A stretch of DNA of 64,000 nucleotides from an uncultured Bifidobacterium sp. (GTDB lineage: Bacteria; Actinomycetota; Acidimicrobiia; Acidimicrobiales; Ilumatobacteraceae), in contig CAYMVM010000003.1 in assembly GCA_964394175.1 (NCBI GenBank), positions 54,605-118,604 on the forward strand, in the 5' to 3' direction. The notes beneath the pieces were generated by a model. The model ran no database searches and was not told where the DNA came from. It worked only from the letters and a program-made list of their open reading frames with translations. Below are positions 8,177 to 18,030 of the stretch, piece by piece (within the stretch, counting starts at the first letter, position 1; each line of letters starts with the position of its first letter). Made by a program: the position numbers and the translations under genes.

Positions 8177-10366
8177 GTGCAAGAACCCAATTCTGGTCAT
8201 GCGATTGCGTCGCGGACCTTGTCTGAATCTGATTCAAAGTCTCTGTTGTCGCCGTACGGTCTTCCGTTCGCCAAGGAGGCGAAGGTCGCCACGGCTGACG
8301 ATGCAGTTGCGGCCGCAAGAGACATCGGTGGCGCAGTCGTCGTCAAACTTGGCGGCGATGCAATCGCGCACAAGACCGAGAGGGGTCTCGTTCGTCTCCG
8401 CTTGACTGGTGACGAGGCCGTTCGCGAGGCAGCGGCCGAGCTACTCGGTGCAGCACGACCAGAGGATGGAGAGGTGCACCTCCTCGTCGCAGAAATGGTC
8501 TCTGGTGTTCGGGAATTCATCGTCGGCATGCTCGTCGACGCCCAATTCGGACCGACTGTGATGCTGGGTGTCGGCGGCATCATGGCCGAGGCGTTGAAAG
8601 ACGTCGTTTTCAGGCCTGCGCCACTCACAGACCAAGCAGCCGAACAGATGATCGACGATTTGCGTACGAGCGCTCTACTCGACGCCTTTCGGGGTGAAGC
8701 TGCTGTCGACCGGCGGGAACTCGTCAAGGTTCTTCGCGCTCTGTCTGATTGTGCCGAGGCTCACCCTGATGTCGTCTCAATCGACATCAATCCGCTCATT
8801 GTCCGCCCGAATGGGTCAGTCGTCGCAGTTGACGCATTGGTGGAAAGGACTGTCGACGGAAACGCACATCGCACAACGTCCGCTGTCAGGCGAGAGCCAT
8901 ACAGCGACGAGCAGTTTCGAGCGTTTTTCGAGCCGCGCGGGGTGGTGGTCGCAGGTGCATCGACACATCCGGGAAAGTTCGGCTTCGTCTCTTTGCACAA
9001 CATCTTGGCGAGTGGGTACACGGGCAAAGTGTTCGGCACGAACCTGCAAGCGGAAGAAGTTCTCGGGGTGCAGACAGTTGCTGATGTCGCTGAGTTGCCC
9101 GACGGAGTTATCGACATGGTCTTTGTCTGTACTCCAGCCGTAACCAACCAGGCGTTGCTCACCGCCTGTGCCGCCAAAGGGGTGAAGGCCGCGTTCCTGA
9201 CATCAGCGGGCTATGGCGAAGCTGGTGATGAAGGTCGACAAGCCGAAATTGAGCTGGTGGCGCACGCAGACAAGTTGGGCATGTTGATGGCAGGTCCGAA
9301 CGGACAAGGGGTCGTCTCGACCCCTGTTGGGCTGTGCGCTCAGATCGTGGCGCCGTATCCACCTGCTGGCTCCATCTCGATAGCCAGTCAAAGCGGAAAC
9401 TTCGTTTCTTCCTTCATGAACTATGCACGCCAGACCGGCGTCGGAGTGAGTCGTGCGGTGTCGGCGGGCAATGCTGCGGCGCTCGGCGTCGCGGATTTGG
9501 TGGAGTGGTACGGACGAGACGAGAAGTCGTCTGTTGCTCTCGCGTACGTGGAGGGAATCACCGATGGACGGTCTTTAATGGAGCGTCTTGGTTCAGTCGC
9601 TCGTAAGAAACCCGTGGTCGTCGTGAAGGGCGGAGCGACAGAGAAGGGGGCGCGTGCGGCTGCGAGCCACACCGGGGCACTGGCAGCGAATGACTCTGTG
9701 TTCGATGGAGCATGTAGAGCATTTGGCATCACCCGCGCGACGACTGTCGAAGAGGCCTATGAAGCTGCAGCGAGTTTCGCGACACAGCCGCTGCCGCGCG
9801 GCCCCCGAGTGGTGGTGTTGACTACCGCAGGCGGATGGGGTGTGGTCACGTCCGACGCGATTGCCCGTGACGGACGACTTGAGCTTCTGGCGCTACCTGA
9901 CGACCTGCTTTCGCAGATCGACACAAAACTTCCGCCACGTTGGAGCAGGAACAACCCGGTCGACTGCGCGGGCGGAGAGACTCGCGACACGATTCCTGAA
10001 GTGATGGAGATGATCGCGCGACATGAATCAGTTGATGCGATCATCTATCTCGGACTTGGTATTCAAGCAAACCAAGGTCGCTTGATGAAGGAAGGCCGTT
10101 TCTATCCCGACCATGGACTCGAACGAATCGTGGCGTATCACGAGCGGCAGGACGCACGGTTCGCAGAGGCGGCGCACGAACTTTCAGTGTCGACGAACAA
10201 GCCGATACTTGTCGCGACCGAGTTGGCGGTTGCAGACCCTGACAACGCAGGCGTGAGGGCCGTGCGAGACTCAGGTCGCCTCTGCTACCCGAGCGGAAAT
10301 CGTGCAGTAACCGCGCTTGGACACCTCTATCGATATGCATTACACACCGGTCACGCGACGCACTGA
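8177..10366 (+). CDS. ADP-forming acyl-CoA synthetase (acetate--CoA ligase family, COG1042-like), with the ATP-grasp domain N-terminal to the CoA-binding and ligase domains
   Basis: The N-terminal half has ATP-grasp_5-like sequence (SKSLLSPYGLPF..., VVVKL...AHKTERGLV, DINPLIV). The C-terminal half has FFEPRGVVVAGAS...GKFG, VFGTNL, MLMAGPNGQG and a flavodoxin-like ligase part. Confidence 0.8.
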   Translation: MQEPNSGHAIASRTLSESDSKSLLSPYGLPFAKEAKVATADDAVAAARDIGGAVVVKLGGDAIAHKTERGLVRLRLTGDEAVREAAAELLGAARPEDGEVHLLVAEMVSGVREFIVGMLVDAQFGPTVMLGVGGIMAEALKDVVFRPAPLTDQAAEQMIDDLRTSALLDAFRGEAAVDRRELVKVLRALSDCAEAHPDVVSIDINPLIVRPNGSVVAVDALVERTVDGNAHRTTSAVRREPYSDEQFRAFFEPRGVVVAGASTHPGKFGFVSLHNILASGYTGKVFGTNLQAEEVLGVQTVADVAELPDGVIDMVFVCTPAVTNQALLTACAAKGVKAAFLTSAGYGEAGDEGRQAEIELVAHADKLGMLMAGPNGQGVVSTPVGLCAQIVAPYPPAGSISIASQSGNFVSSFMNYARQTGVGVSRAVSAGNAAALGVADLVEWYGRDEKSSVALAYVEGITDGRSLMERLGSVARKKPVVVVKGGATEKGARAAASHTGALAANDSVFDGACRAFGITRATTVEEAYEAAASFATQPLPRGPRVVVLTTAGGWGVVTSDAIARDGRLELLALPDDLLSQIDTKLPPRWSRNNPVDCAGGETRDTIPEVMEMIARHESVDAIIYLGLGIQANQGRLMKEGRFYPDHGLERIVAYHERQDARFAEAAHELSVSTNKPILVATELAVADPDNAGVRAVRDSGRLCYPSGNRAVTALGHLYRYALHTGHATH

Positions 10367-11759
10367 GCGTCGTCGGGCGAGCAACCCGTCGAAGCTCGTC
10401 ACGGTTGTCGGCGTTCTCGGTTCACTGGTCTTGGGTGGGCTCTTTTTGTTCACGTCATCGGTCGCCGCACGAACAGTGCCGGACACGGACGTGGACGTCT
10501 TCGAACAGCCACGAGTTCCGGTTTTGTCGGTGCGACGTTTTCCCGATGTGCTGTCGGTGGGAGTGAGAACTGGCCGGTTGAAGGACCGGTTGTCAAAAGT
10601 TGAGGAACTGCTTCCGAGCGGTTCGTGTCTCACTGTCGACTGGCTCGGGAAGCGTCTCGCCGTCACCAACGCTGACACCAGCGTCACACCAGGAAGTGTC
10701 ATCAAACTCATCACAGGGGCCGGAGCATTGCGTGCCCTCGGGCAACAAGCGACCTACACGACATCTGTCCACGCCTCCGTTACGGATGGAACTGTCGCTG
10801 GGAATGTGTACCTCGTCGGAACTGGAGATCCGCTTCTGGTTCGTCGCGACTATGTGCTCGCTGAGAAATACCCGACGCTCACTCCCACATTTTTGGAGAA
10901 TCTCGCTGACGCCGTGGTCGCAGCCGGCGTCAAGGTCATCAACGGCTCGATCGTTCCGGTCGATCTTCGCTATGACGACCAGCGGTTTCTCCCGTCGTGG
11001 CCGTCAGAGTTTTACGGTGTCGAAGCCGGTCCATTGGGAGCATTGATGGTGGCTGACGGAGCCCAACTCGGTCAGTTCTTGAAACCGGATGATCCCGGAT
11101 TGGCTGCAGCAACTGACTTGCGAACGTTACTGAGTCTCCGAGGCGTCACCGTCGTCGGTACCTCATTGCGTGAAGCGATGCCTACGGGCATACCGTCGAT
11201 TGCGAGCGTGTCATCTGCAGACATGGGGCAAATCGTGCGCGAAATGCTCGTCAATTCAGACAACAACACGGCGGAGTTGCTCGTCAAGGAGATGGGCGCA
11301 ATCAAGAAGAGCAGCGGGACGACCGCTTCTGGTCTTGAGGTGGTGAAAGAGTCGATAGCGGAACTAGGGCTCGACGCAAGTGCCTTCACGCAGGTCGACG
11401 GATCGGGACTGTCGTCAGGGAACAAGGTGACCTGTAATTTCGTGTCGGCGCTTCTGGCGAAGAATCGTGACCTGTTCGTCGATCGGTTGTCGATAGCCGG
11501 AGAGCAGGGAACACTCCGTGAGTACTACAACTCTTCGCAAGCACGTGGACGTCTCGTCGCAAAGACGGGGACGCTCTCCGGAGTCAAAGGACTCGCGGGC
11601 TACATGACTGTAGAAGGGGGCGAACCTGTCGAGTTTGTCCTGATATTGAACGGCGATGACGTCGATCAGGCCGCAAAGTTCCGCCCTGTCTGGAATGCAC
11701 TGGTCGATGCCATCGTCCGAGCGTCTGCGAATCCGACGGTCGAAGCCCTCTTGCCGTGA
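10335..11759 (+). CDS. dacB: D-alanyl-D-alanine carboxypeptidase/endopeptidase, PBP4 type (peptidase S13)
   Basis: N-terminal TM/signal segment, the SxxK motif (GSVIKL), DGSGLSSGNKVT and KTGTLSGVKGLAGY. The start is either the TTG at 10317 or the ATG at 10335. Confidence 0.8.
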   Translation: MHYTPVTRRTERRRASNPSKLVTVVGVLGSLVLGGLFLFTSSVAARTVPDTDVDVFEQPRVPVLSVRRFPDVLSVGVRTGRLKDRLSKVEELLPSGSCLTVDWLGKRLAVTNADTSVTPGSVIKLITGAGALRALGQQATYTTSVHASVTDGTVAGNVYLVGTGDPLLVRRDYVLAEKYPTLTPTFLENLADAVVAAGVKVINGSIVPVDLRYDDQRFLPSWPSEFYGVEAGPLGALMVADGAQLGQFLKPDDPGLAAATDLRTLLSLRGVTVVGTSLREAMPTGIPSIASVSSADMGQIVREMLVNSDNNTAELLVKEMGAIKKSSGTTASGLEVVKESIAELGLDASAFTQVDGSGLSSGNKVTCNFVSALLAKNRDLFVDRLSIAGEQGTLREYYNSSQARGRLVAKTGTLSGVKGLAGYMTVEGGEPVEFVLILNGDDVDQAAKFRPVWNALVDAIVRASANPTVEALLP

Positions 11760-12460
11760 AGTTGCGTCACCCGATGTTTCCACTCGGGACTGTCTTTGTC
11801 CCGGGAGACATAGTCACGCTTCGCGTGTTCGAGGATCGTTATGTCGAAATGATTCGTTCGCTTCTCGCGTCAGACAGTGACACGCTCGAGTTCGGGACGG
11901 TACTCATCGACAAGGGGAGCGAAGTCGGCGGCAAGGACATTCGCCGTACAGTCGGTGCCAACGTTGTGGTCAAACAATGCGAGGTGTCAGACACCGGCGG
12001 ATACGTCGTGGCCGGTGTCGCGACTCAACGCCTCGAGGTATGTGAGTGGAAGATCGATGATCCTTTCCCGATTGCGGACGTCCGGTGTCCGCCTGTCGAG
12101 CAGGGATCGGACGAGTTTGTCTCCCGTCTCTCACGCGTCGCGCAAATGGTGCGCAGTCTCCTTGTGCTCATGCTGGAAGAGGCCAGTTCCTCAATGTCTG
12201 AGACTCGCAACATAAGAGCAGAGGATGCACTCGACGAGTACTTGCCGCCGAACATCTCGGCACCGCTCGCCCATGTCGCAGCAGGTCTGATCGAGGCCAG
12301 CGAGTCGGATGCGGCATCGTGGGCGGTCATTCGCGCCGTGCCGTGCGGCCCATTCGACAAATACAGCCTGCTCGCGGCGTCGACGCTAGAGGAGCGCCTG
12401 AGCCAGACCGAGCAGGTGGTCAGCCATCTCAGGGAAATGGTCGAATTCCGCCGTCAATGA
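11756..12460 (+). CDS. Stand-alone LON N-terminal (substrate-binding) domain protein
   Basis: MFPLGTVFVPGDIVTLRVFEDRYVEMI matches the LON-N/PUA-like domain start. There is no AAA+ or protease domain. The GTG start overlaps the dacB stop (GTGA). Confidence 0.75.
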   Translation: MKLRHPMFPLGTVFVPGDIVTLRVFEDRYVEMIRSLLASDSDTLEFGTVLIDKGSEVGGKDIRRTVGANVVVKQCEVSDTGGYVVAGVATQRLEVCEWKIDDPFPIADVRCPPVEQGSDEFVSRLSRVAQMVRSLLVLMLEEASSSMSETRNIRAEDALDEYLPPNISAPLAHVAAGLIEASESDAASWAVIRAVPCGPFDKYSLLAASTLEERLSQTEQVVSHLREMVEFRRQ

Positions 12461-12535
12461 CCTTCGCGGTGGAAATCGCTCGAATCTTGGTACAACTATT
12501 GCGTGGCAACACGGCGTCCTTGGTCCACTCGTCGC

Positions 12536-12856
12536 ATGTCGACGTCCGAGAAAGTTGTCGACCTCGTTGACTCCGTGAAGACGTATGCAAAACAAGAGAC
12601 AGTGGGTCCGCTTCGTGGTGCGGGACGGTGGTTGTTCTTCGGTTTGGCTGCCGCTTTCTCACTCGGAATCTCGATGCTCTTCGCAATTCTCGGAGTCTTA
12701 CGCCTTGTCCAGGACATCGGTGGCAACACTCTCGACGGTGCGTGGTCGTTTGTTGCGTATTTGGTGGCGTTGGTGGCGGCCGTCGTTCTCGTGATGCTCA
12801 GTCTTTCGCGAGTGAATCGGCCTTCTTTGTCACGAGAGGGAGTGGCTAATGACTGA
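12536..12856 (+). CDS. Small two-TM membrane protein (actinobacterial holin-X-like topology)
   Basis: Amphipathic N-terminus followed by two hydrophobic helices (WLFFGLAAAFSLGISMLFAILGVL; FVAYLVALVAAVVLVMLSL). Confidence 0.55.
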   Translation: MSTSEKVVDLVDSVKTYAKQETVGPLRGAGRWLFFGLAAAFSLGISMLFAILGVLRLVQDIGGNTLDGAWSFVAYLVALVAAVVLVMLSLSRVNRPSLSREGVAND

Positions 12857-13067
12857 CCAGCACGACTCAAGTAAGCCGATTCACCGGGACGACCTCGAAG
12901 CAAAGCTTCGCGCCTTGCAAGGTGACATCAACCAGAAGGTGTCCAACAAGAAGGATGCTGCAGTCTCGGCCGGCGTCGGAGCCGGCGTCTTGGCGTTGGT
13001 CATCGCGTTCCTTCTCGGCCGTCGCGGTCGGCGACGAGGTCGACGCGTGGAAGTTCGCGGCTTCTGA
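12849..13067 (+). CDS. Small single-TM protein with an Arg-rich tail (72 aa)
   Basis: Helical N-terminus (DDLEAKLRALQGDINQK), TM segment AVSAGVGAGVLALVIAFLLG, then RRGRRRGRR. It overlaps the preceding gene by 8 nt. Confidence 0.5.
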   Translation: MTDQHDSSKPIHRDDLEAKLRALQGDINQKVSNKKDAAVSAGVGAGVLALVIAFLLGRRGRRRGRRVEVRGF

Positions 13068-13071
13068 CATC

Positions 13072-13302
13072 ATGATGCGTCGCATGCTGAGTGCAGGCGC
13101 GTACGGCCGACTCGTAAAGAGGTACCCGTTCGTGAAAGCAATGATGATTGCCTACGGGGCAATTCGCTGGATGCTCGGTCGCCGGCGCGCCAAAGTCAGC
13201 ACGTCGCGTGTTGTTGATGTCGAACTCGCTGACGACGAGGTCCTCGTCCTCACACGAGAGAAGGTCTCCACAACCGCGCGAAGGAAATCGACACATGTCT
13301 GA
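13072..13302 (+). CDS. Small basic hypothetical protein (76 aa)
   Basis: ATG-ATG at 13072, 4 nt after the previous stop. The 3' end overlaps the trmI start by 8 nt. No recognisable motif, and this is the weakest call of the trio. Confidence 0.35.
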   Translation: MMRRMLSAGAYGRLVKRYPFVKAMMIAYGAIRWMLGRRRAKVSTSRVVDVELADDEVLVLTREKVSTTARRKSTHV

Positions 13303-14065
13303 CGTGTTCGCAGGCGGTGAACGCGCCCTGTTTTTGGACAGTAAACATCGTCGTTACTTGGTGACTCTGCACCCTGAGGGCGAGTTTCATAGCCACTCTG
13401 GTTTTGTGCCACATGCCGAGGTGATCGGTCGGGCACCTGGAGTGCGTCTCGAATCGACGCTGGGCGCTCGCTACATCGTTTTGCGCCCGACCCTCGAGGA
13501 TTTCGTGCTCGAGATGCCTCGAGGAGCACAAGTCATCTATCCGAAGGATCTTGCTCCCATCTGTGTGCTCGCAGACATCGGACCAGGAATTCGTGTCTAC
13601 GAGACGGGTATCGGCTCAGGAGCTCTGTCGATGACGATGTTGCGATGGGGAGCACAGGTTCGGGGTGTCGAGCTGCGAGAGGATTTTCTTAACCGAGCGG
13701 TCTCGAATGTGCGGAGCTTTCTCGGTGAGCACGCCCTCGAACGGTACGACGTGACAGTCGGCGACAGTTATGAGTCGGTGCCGGACGGTCCCTATGACCG
13801 AGTCGTGCTTGACCTTCCTGAACCGTGGCGGGTTGTTCCGCACGCAGTGAATGCTCTTGTGCCCGGTGGAATTCTCGTGGCGTACACGCCTTCGATCACT
13901 CAAGCCGTACAAACCAGGCAGGCCTTTGACAGGCAATGGACAGATGTCCGCACGCTCGAGGTGTTACACCGCACCTGGCACATCGAGGGACAGTCGGTTC
14001 GACCCGACCATCGGATGGTCGCACATACCGCCTTCTTGACGGCAGCCAGATTTATCGGAAGTTGA
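13295..14065 (+). CDS. trmI: tRNA (adenine58-N1)-methyltransferase TrmI
   Basis: SAM-binding motif VYETGIGSGALSMTML plus DRVVLDLPEPW. It has the same position next to the proteasome ATPase as M. tuberculosis Rv2118c. Start taken at ATG 13295 (MSDVFAGGE...). Confidence 0.85.
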   Translation: MSDVFAGGERALFLDSKHRRYLVTLHPEGEFHSHSGFVPHAEVIGRAPGVRLESTLGARYIVLRPTLEDFVLEMPRGAQVIYPKDLAPICVLADIGPGIRVYETGIGSGALSMTMLRWGAQVRGVELREDFLNRAVSNVRSFLGEHALERYDVTVGDSYESVPDGPYDRVVLDLPEPWRVVPHAVNALVPGGILVAYTPSITQAVQTRQAFDRQWTDVRTLEVLHRTWHIEGQSVRPDHRMVAHTAFLTAARFIGS

Positions 14066-14068
14066 GAA

Positions 14069-14314
14069 TCAGGGCTCGATGAAGATGCACTCGCCGGGGC
14101 ACTCTTCGGCGGATTCAACGACCGCGTCGAGGAGGTTGTCGGCGAAATTCGCAAGACCTTCAGCGCCTTGCTTGTTTCCCTTGGCGGTCGCATAGATGGT
14201 GGAGCCTTCCTTCACGTAGGCAAGACCATCGTCAAGAAGTGTGAACACATCGGGGGCGATTTCCTCGCAGAGACCGTCTCCGGTACACAGGTCCTGGTCA
14301 ATCCATACCTTCAT
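14069..14314 (-). CDS. Small single-cluster ferredoxin
   Basis: [24 protein letters not shown] ... [11 protein letters not shown], a CxxDxxC...CP pattern typical of actinobacterial 3Fe-4S/4Fe-4S ferredoxins. Confidence 0.8.
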   Translation of the reverse strand: MKVWIDQDLCTGDGLCEEIAPDVFTLLDDGLAYVKEGSTIYATAKGNKQGAEGLANFADNLLDAVVESAEECPGECIFIEP

Positions 14315-14484
14315 GGGGGTCGAACTCCCTCAACTCTCACCTCGGCTCGTGCCGAGACATTGTTTACTTCCGCCGGTTACCCGACGAAATCACTCTACAC
14401 AGGCGCCCGCATGGGCGGCAGGTTCAACGCCATGAATCATCTGCGTCAGACATGCCACCAAGGTTCGCAAGTAGGGTCACTCAC

Positions 14485-16212
14485 ATGACCAGGGAATCGC
14501 ATTCCTCGGGCGAGGATGCCGTCGATGCACTGAAGGCCGAGATCGCCGAGTTGAGGGCTCGTCTGGGTGAGCTGCCGCAGCGTGCCACGGCCCTCGAGGA
14601 GCGCTTGCTCGAGACCAAGGGTCAGTTGGCGCACGCGGTCGCGCAGAACGAGAAACTCTCGTACACACTGCGTGAGGCACGCGAACACATCGCCACCCTG
14701 CGCGACGAAGTGGAGAAATTGACGCGACCTCCCTCGGCGTACGGCAGTGTCGTCGGCGTGAATGAAGATGGCACCATCGACGTGCTCACGAGCGGACGCA
14801 AAATGCGCGTGACGCATCATCCGGCCATCGAAGTTGACGACATAGAGCGGGGCAACGAGGTCGTGCTGAACGAGTCAATGAACATCGTCCTTGTACGTCG
14901 GGCCGAGTCGACAGGCGAAGTGGTGACATTGAAAGAAGTGATGGAGGACGGGATCCGTGCCATCGTGACCGGCCGAGCCGACGAAGAACGGGTGTGTGAG
15001 CTGGCAGACAGCCTCCGCGGCGTGCTGTTGCGCTCTGGTGACCTTCTTCGTTGTGACACCCGCACGAACCTTCTCATCGAACGTCTACCTCAACCAGAGG
15101 TGGACGACCTGTTGCTGGAAGAAGTGCCGGACATCAGCTATTCAGACATCGGCGGTCTCGACAGTCAGATTGAGCTCATCGCAGATGCCGTCGAGCTCCC
15201 GTTCTTGCACAGCGAATTGTTCGCCGAGCATCAGTTGCCAGCACCGAAAGGAATTCTTCTGTACGGTCCGCCTGGTTGTGGCAAGACCCTGATCGCAAAA
15301 GCGGTCGCCAACAGCCTCGCGAAGAAGGTCGCGGCGAAGACGGGTGGCGAGAAGGGGAGGTCCTACTTCATCAACATCAAGGGACCAGAGCTGCTGAACA
15401 AGTACGTCGGTGAGACCGAGCGGCAGATCAGATTGGTCTTCCAGCGCGCGCGTGAGAAGAGCGAAGAAGGTTGGCCAGTCATCGTCTTCTTCGACGAGAT
15501 GGATTCCATGTTCCGCACCCGCGGTAGCGGTATCTCATCTGACATGGAGTCGACAATCGTGCCGCAGTTGCTAGCTGAAATTGATGGGGTCGAGGGGCTA
15601 CGTAATGTCATCGTGATCGGTGCCACGAATCGTGAGGATCTCATCGACCCGGCGATCCTTCGACCCGGACGACTCGACGTAAAGATCAAGATCGAGCGCC
15701 CGAATGAAGCAGCTGCACGCCAGATTTTCGGTCGCTATCTCACTGCAGACTTGCCCCTTGACGGCGTCTCTGACGAGACAGAAGCACAGGGTGTTATCTC
15801 GTCATTGATCGAGTCGGCTGCTGCGGAGATGTACAGCACTGAGCCGGGAAACAGGTTCCTCGAGGTCACCTACCAAAACGGCGACAAAGAGGTGTTGTAC
15901 TTCAAGGATTTCTCGAGCGGTGCGATGATCGAAAACATCGTTCGACGGGCGAAGAAGCTGTCTATAAAGCGCATACTCGCCGGTGGTCGTCGGGGCATCT
16001 GCCTTGATGACCTGGTGCAGTCGATTCGGCAGGAATTCAAAGAGCACGAGGATTTGCCGAACACGACCAACCCTGACGACTGGGCACGTATTTCCGGAAA
16101 GAAGGGGGAGCGCATCGTGTTCATCCGCACCCTGATCGCTGCTGACACCGAAGTGACCGACTCTTCCGGTGGTCGTGCCATCGAAAGAACCGCGACGGGT
16201 CAGTACCTCTAG
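14485..16212 (+). CDS. mpa: Proteasome-associated AAA+ ATPase Mpa/ARC
   Basis: N-terminal coiled coil, Walker A GPPGCGKT, Walker [10 protein letters not shown], and a C-terminal ...TGQYL proteasome-docking motif. Start taken at ATG 14485. Confidence 0.95.
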   Translation: MTRESHSSGEDAVDALKAEIAELRARLGELPQRATALEERLLETKGQLAHAVAQNEKLSYTLREAREHIATLRDEVEKLTRPPSAYGSVVGVNEDGTIDVLTSGRKMRVTHHPAIEVDDIERGNEVVLNESMNIVLVRRAESTGEVVTLKEVMEDGIRAIVTGRADEERVCELADSLRGVLLRSGDLLRCDTRTNLLIERLPQPEVDDLLLEEVPDISYSDIGGLDSQIELIADAVELPFLHSELFAEHQLPAPKGILLYGPPGCGKTLIAKAVANSLAKKVAAKTGGEKGRSYFINIKGPELLNKYVGETERQIRLVFQRAREKSEEGWPVIVFFDEMDSMFRTRGSGISSDMESTIVPQLLAEIDGVEGLRNVIVIGATNREDLIDPAILRPGRLDVKIKIERPNEAAARQIFGRYLTADLPLDGVSDETEAQGVISSLIESAAAEMYSTEPGNRFLEVTYQNGDKEVLYFKDFSSGAMIENIVRRAKKLSIKRILAGGRRGICLDDLVQSIRQEFKEHEDLPNTTNPDDWARISGKKGERIVFIRTLIAADTEVTDSSGGRAIERTATGQYL

Positions 16213-16218
16213 GTCGCC

Positions 16219-17733
16219 ATGGCTCTCCACAAAGTCTGCGGCATCGAGACCGAGTACGGCATCATGACGAGGGGCTTCGATGCTTCTCCGGTGACGGCGT
16301 CTTCAGTGCTGATCAACGCGTACGCCGGAACGATGCCCCAGAAGATCGGTTGGGATTTCCTCGATGAGAACCCGGCAAACGACGTTCGTGGCTTCAGCCT
16401 CGAGCAAGCGTTCGCACCAGAGGTGGAGTCGCACCTCGTGAACGCAGTGCTCACGAACGGTGCGCGTTACTACGTCGACCATGCGCACCCAGAGATCAGC
16501 ACTCCAGAATGCGCCAGTGCGCGTCAAGTCGTGATCTACGACAGGGCGGCAGAAGAGATCGTTCGACGAAGCATGGCGTCGTGCCGCAACCTTCTTCCTG
16601 ATGGAGCCGAACTCGTCGCGTACAAGAACAATTCAGACGGCAAGGGGAACAGCTACGGCTGTCATGAGAACTACCTCGTCGCGCGAGAGACTCCCTTCGG
16701 TCGTCTGGCGAGCCACATCACGACCCATTTCGTGACACGCCAGGTCTTCTGCGGAGCTGGCAAAGTCGGGCAGGAGACCGATCTGGACGGCGACGTGGTC
16801 GACTACCAGCTGAGTCAACGAGCCGATTTCTTTGAAGAAGAGGTCGGTTTGGAGACGACATTGAAAAGACCAATCGTCAACACCCGCGATGAACCGCACT
16901 GTGATCCGACCAAATACCGCAGGCTCCACGTGATCGTCGGAGACGCGAACATGAGTGAAGTCGCCACGTACCTAAAGGTCGGTACAACTGGTCTGGTGTT
17001 GTCGATGATCGAGGACGACGCTTTCCCGAGAGATCTCGTCATCAAAGATCCGGTCGCACAAATGCGTCGTATCAGTCGTGACGAGACCCTGCGCCACGTT
17101 GTCGAGACCGTCGCTGGCAGACATCTCACTGCTCTCGACGTTCAACGATTGTTGTTCGAGGCGTGCGAAAAGTACCTCGCAAATTCGGACGAGGATCCGC
17201 TCGGAGGTGATTCAGAACACGTCATGGTGTTGTGGGACGAGGTGCTGACGGGGCTCGACACGAATCCTGACTCGATGGCAACAATGGTCGACTGGGTCGC
17301 CAAACGTCGGTTAGTTCGTGGATACCAAGATCGGCACTCGCTCCGTGGAGACCACCCGCGACTGAAGGCGATCGATCTCCAGTACCACGACATGCGTGAG
17401 TCGCATTGTCTTGCGACGCGCGCAGGATTGATGACACTTGTGACGGTCAACGAAGTGAATGCTGCGATCACAGAGCCGCCATCGGAAACGAGAGCGTGGT
17501 TCCGCGGCACATGTCTCCAACGCTGGCCGGAGCAAATTGTCGCGGCGAACTGGGACAGTATCGTGTTCGACATCGGGAGCGACCCTCTGCGTCGGGTGCC
17601 GATGATGGAACCACTGCGGGGAACAGAGGTGTTGACCCGCGAGTTGTTCGACAACGTGTCGACCGCCGCAGAGTTGATCGATGCGTTGGGAGCCACCGAG
17701 ATAGCCACGGTGTACCCAGAACCTGGTTGGTGA
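16219..17733 (+). CDS. dop: Pup deamidase/depupylase Dop
   Basis: KVCGIETEYGI start and the [11 protein letters not shown] motif. At 504 aa it is longer than the PafA paralogue. It lies immediately upstream of pup. Confidence 0.9.
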   Translation: MALHKVCGIETEYGIMTRGFDASPVTASSVLINAYAGTMPQKIGWDFLDENPANDVRGFSLEQAFAPEVESHLVNAVLTNGARYYVDHAHPEISTPECASARQVVIYDRAAEEIVRRSMASCRNLLPDGAELVAYKNNSDGKGNSYGCHENYLVARETPFGRLASHITTHFVTRQVFCGAGKVGQETDLDGDVVDYQLSQRADFFEEEVGLETTLKRPIVNTRDEPHCDPTKYRRLHVIVGDANMSEVATYLKVGTTGLVLSMIEDDAFPRDLVIKDPVAQMRRISRDETLRHVVETVAGRHLTALDVQRLLFEACEKYLANSDEDPLGGDSEHVMVLWDEVLTGLDTNPDSMATMVDWVAKRRLVRGYQDRHSLRGDHPRLKAIDLQYHDMRESHCLATRAGLMTLVTVNEVNAAITEPPSETRAWFRGTCLQRWPEQIVAANWDSIVFDIGSDPLRRVPMMEPLRGTEVLTRELFDNVSTAAELIDALGATEIATVYPEPGW

Positions 17734-17799
17734 CCCACATACGACCCTTCTTCGGTGTCCGGCGTGACACGGTTGAGTGAGGGTCGCTACGGTGGGGAC

Positions 17800-18000
17800 G
17801 TGGCCGAACGCACTCACAAGACCCGACCAGCATCCAGCCCTCGAGAAGGACAAGAGGTCGAGTCCGGCGATGTGGCCGGTTCAGAGACCGGCAATCGCAT
17901 CAAGGCTGAGCTCGACGACCTTCTCGATGAAATCGATGACGTGCTCGAGACCAATGCGGAAGATTTCGTGAAGAGTTACGTGCAAAAAGGTGGGGAGTGA
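17800..18000 (+). CDS. pup: Prokaryotic ubiquitin-like protein Pup (C-terminal GGE)
   Basis: Ends ...DDLLDEIDDVLETNAEDFVKSYVQKGGE. A GTG at 17800 preceded by GGTGGGGA gives a typical 66-aa Pup. The track start at 17755 gives 81 aa. Confidence 0.85.
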   Translation: MAERTHKTRPASSPREGQEVESGDVAGSETGNRIKAELDDLLDEIDDVLETNAEDFVKSYVQKGGE

Positions 18001-18030
18001 CCACCTCGCAGGGGCGATAGGTCGGAACCC

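Noticed and set aside
12922-13302. The 126-aa track ORF spanning the second and third small genes upstream of trmI.
   Set aside because: Its first half is out of frame with, and overlaps, the better-supported 12849..13067 TM protein. Only the part from ATG 13072 is kept, with low confidence.
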